From the NCBI GenBank assembly GCA_010405405.1, contig MU004230.1:2390627-2454626 (forward strand): a stretch of 64,000 bases of DNA, read 5' to 3'. How positions within the stretch are numbered: position 1 is the stretch's first letter; every line of letters begins with the position of its first letter. The position numbers were made by a program, and so were the translations under genes. The notes beneath the pieces are model-generated. The model worked only from the letters and a program-made list of their open reading frames with translations. It did no database searches and was not told the origin of the DNA. Origin of the DNA: Microthyrium microscopicum (taxonomy: Eukaryota). Positions 62,633-64,000 of this stretch are shown here, piece after piece.

Positions 62633-63270
62633 GATTGCTGTTACTACACACCTGTGGTATGGCAAGAAGGGTGTGGTTGCAGTAAGAGCGGCAGAGAAGA
62701 TGCGCTTCTCAGTTGGTTTTATACAAATGTCGCAATATTTGTTTTCACCCTCGCCATATATCAAGCTTTTGTGACAGACCCCGTGGTGAAAGGTAACCAG
62801 ACGGTGAACGCGTAAAGTAAGCTGAGATAGAGCCGTTGTTGACAGCCGGAATAAGCTCCTTTTCAGCCTCCCCCGCAATGACATCCACTCGCCGCTTGCC
62901 CGTATGCATGCCAAAGATCTACAAGATATTTAGTGCATGGTATCTGGCCACTTAGATGCATCGTGATCAGAATTCTAGGCGGTATCATCATCTAAGACGG
63001 AGAATCGGTGATATATCGCACAACTCTCGGACGTTAGCACCTAGTGCGCGGATAAGCTCCGCTGTTCACGATACATCGATATTATCAAAGCATCAAGAAT
63101 TTGGAATTTCTATAACGGCAGGGAATGCGTAATCGCCTTGCGCCTGCGTCTACTAGGTTAAGAAACAGATAAAGTAACATTGGTAAGATTAATGATCCCA
63201 TCATTTGCCGAAAAAAGGCCTGCAATCTGGCACTTCGTACACTTGACAAGCTGTAGGAAGTGTCACTGTC

Positions 63271-64000
63271 TCAACCAAATATACCATATTTGATAGCACC
63301 GGCCATATCGCGGAACCAGCCGACCCAGCCTTTGACACTTTCTATGCCCTTCAGGATTTGAACCATGCGTACAGTAAACCGCTCAGCGTCGTCGAAATCA
63401 TGAGCATGAACATCCCAGACGGCAGTTGTCTCTCCTTCAGCCTCCTTTGACACTACGATCCATTCTCCGTCTTCTTGTTGCTGAACTTTGACTTTGGGTC
63501 CGACAGCAAGGGCACGTCCATGGATGGTGCTGTCGGCGACAATCCGACTGGCGGCATCCACGACATCTTCGACTTTGCCTACTCCTCCACCTGCTAGTAG
63601 TGCTCGAAGCGGTGCTGGTGACATGGCTGTTTCTATAAAGTAGGGACATAACATTCCGATGCGAATCCCATCGGCAAATAATGATGCGCGTAATGACCTG
63701 AAGAGACCAAGAACGGCATGTTTGGATGTTCCGTACAGTGGCACATTTGGGATTGGGGCCAGTGAGGCCAAGGATCCAAGCAATAGTAAGCATCGATCTC
63801 TTGTCCTCGTTGCTGGATCGGACTCTGGAGAAGCTGGCTCTGAGCCAGGATTTCTTGGAAGCCAGTATATTGCAAGATGGGTCGTGTATAATAGTCCGTA
63901 CAGGTTAACATCGATGACCTTGAAGTTAGGCTTCCTTGGTTCAGCAGCTGAGAGATCTTTTGGCATTTGTAGGCCTTCTGGATCGGCAACACCAGCGTTG
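63271..64000 (-). CDS. Short-chain dehydrogenase/reductase, 5' part outside the window
   Basis: NAGV at the window edge, IDVNLYG, LGSLAS and the YxxxK motif YGTSK. Confidence 0.88.
   Translation of the reverse strand, partial: NAGVADPEGLQMPKDLSAAEPRKPNFKVIDVNLYGLLYTTHLAIYWLPRNPGSEPASPESDPATRTRDRCLLLLGSLASLAPIPNVPLYGTSKHAVLGLFRSLRASLFADGIRIGMLCPYFIETAMSPAPLRALLAGGGVGKVEDVVDAASRIVADSTIHGRALAVGPKVKVQQQEDGEWIVVSKEAEGETTAVWDVHAHDFDDAERFTVRMVQILKGIESVKGWVGWFRDMAGAIKYGIFG

Noticed and set aside
60974..64000. Secondary-metabolite cluster (P450 + SDR)
   Set aside because: CYP53 is a widespread benzoate-detoxification enzyme, and no PKS, NRPS or terpene synthase is visible in the window.
1..64000. 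tRNA/rRNA genes, CRISPR array, telomeric repeats, Starship captain recombinase
   Set aside because: None was recognised by eye. A tRNAscan-SE/Rfam/HMM run would be needed to exclude short RNA genes.

Overview
This is eukaryotic DNA from a filamentous ascomycete (Pezizomycotina-type), judged from short GT-AG introns with CTRAY branch points and RIP-mutated repeats. The window has three zones. (1) 1-15 kb is accessory and TE-rich: an AT-rich RIP-degraded TE relic (1-2759), a small secreted orphan protein gene, a complete but RIP-killed 3.25-kb pogo/Fot1-type DNA transposon with TIRs and TA target duplication (6336-9589), an un-RIPed 147-bp MITE, a 3xCBM18-AA5_1 copper radical oxidase and a GNAT. 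(2) 16-54 kb is mostly housekeeping (SPT16, ERF2, ASH1-like SET, AspE-like septin, RBM5/10-like, MOCS2B, AIM11, FSH1, RPN5, GPI17). It also holds a tandem pair of orphan paralogs and a GH5_4 + GH28 pair. (3) 54-64 kb is a second accessory stretch: an uncharacterised membrane protein, a secreted pepsin-fold protein lacking both DTG motifs, a decayed HET-domain gene, CYP53 and a partial SDR. I found no tRNA, rRNA, CRISPR array, Starship captain or secondary-metabolite backbone gene. I cannot demonstrate a new multi-gene system. The best leads are the orphan paralog pair, the pseudo-protease, the RIP-flanked small secreted protein, the cleanly deleted HET gene and an apparent excess of AAG splice acceptors. 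All family calls come from motif recognition by eye, not database searches, and exon boundaries are manual.
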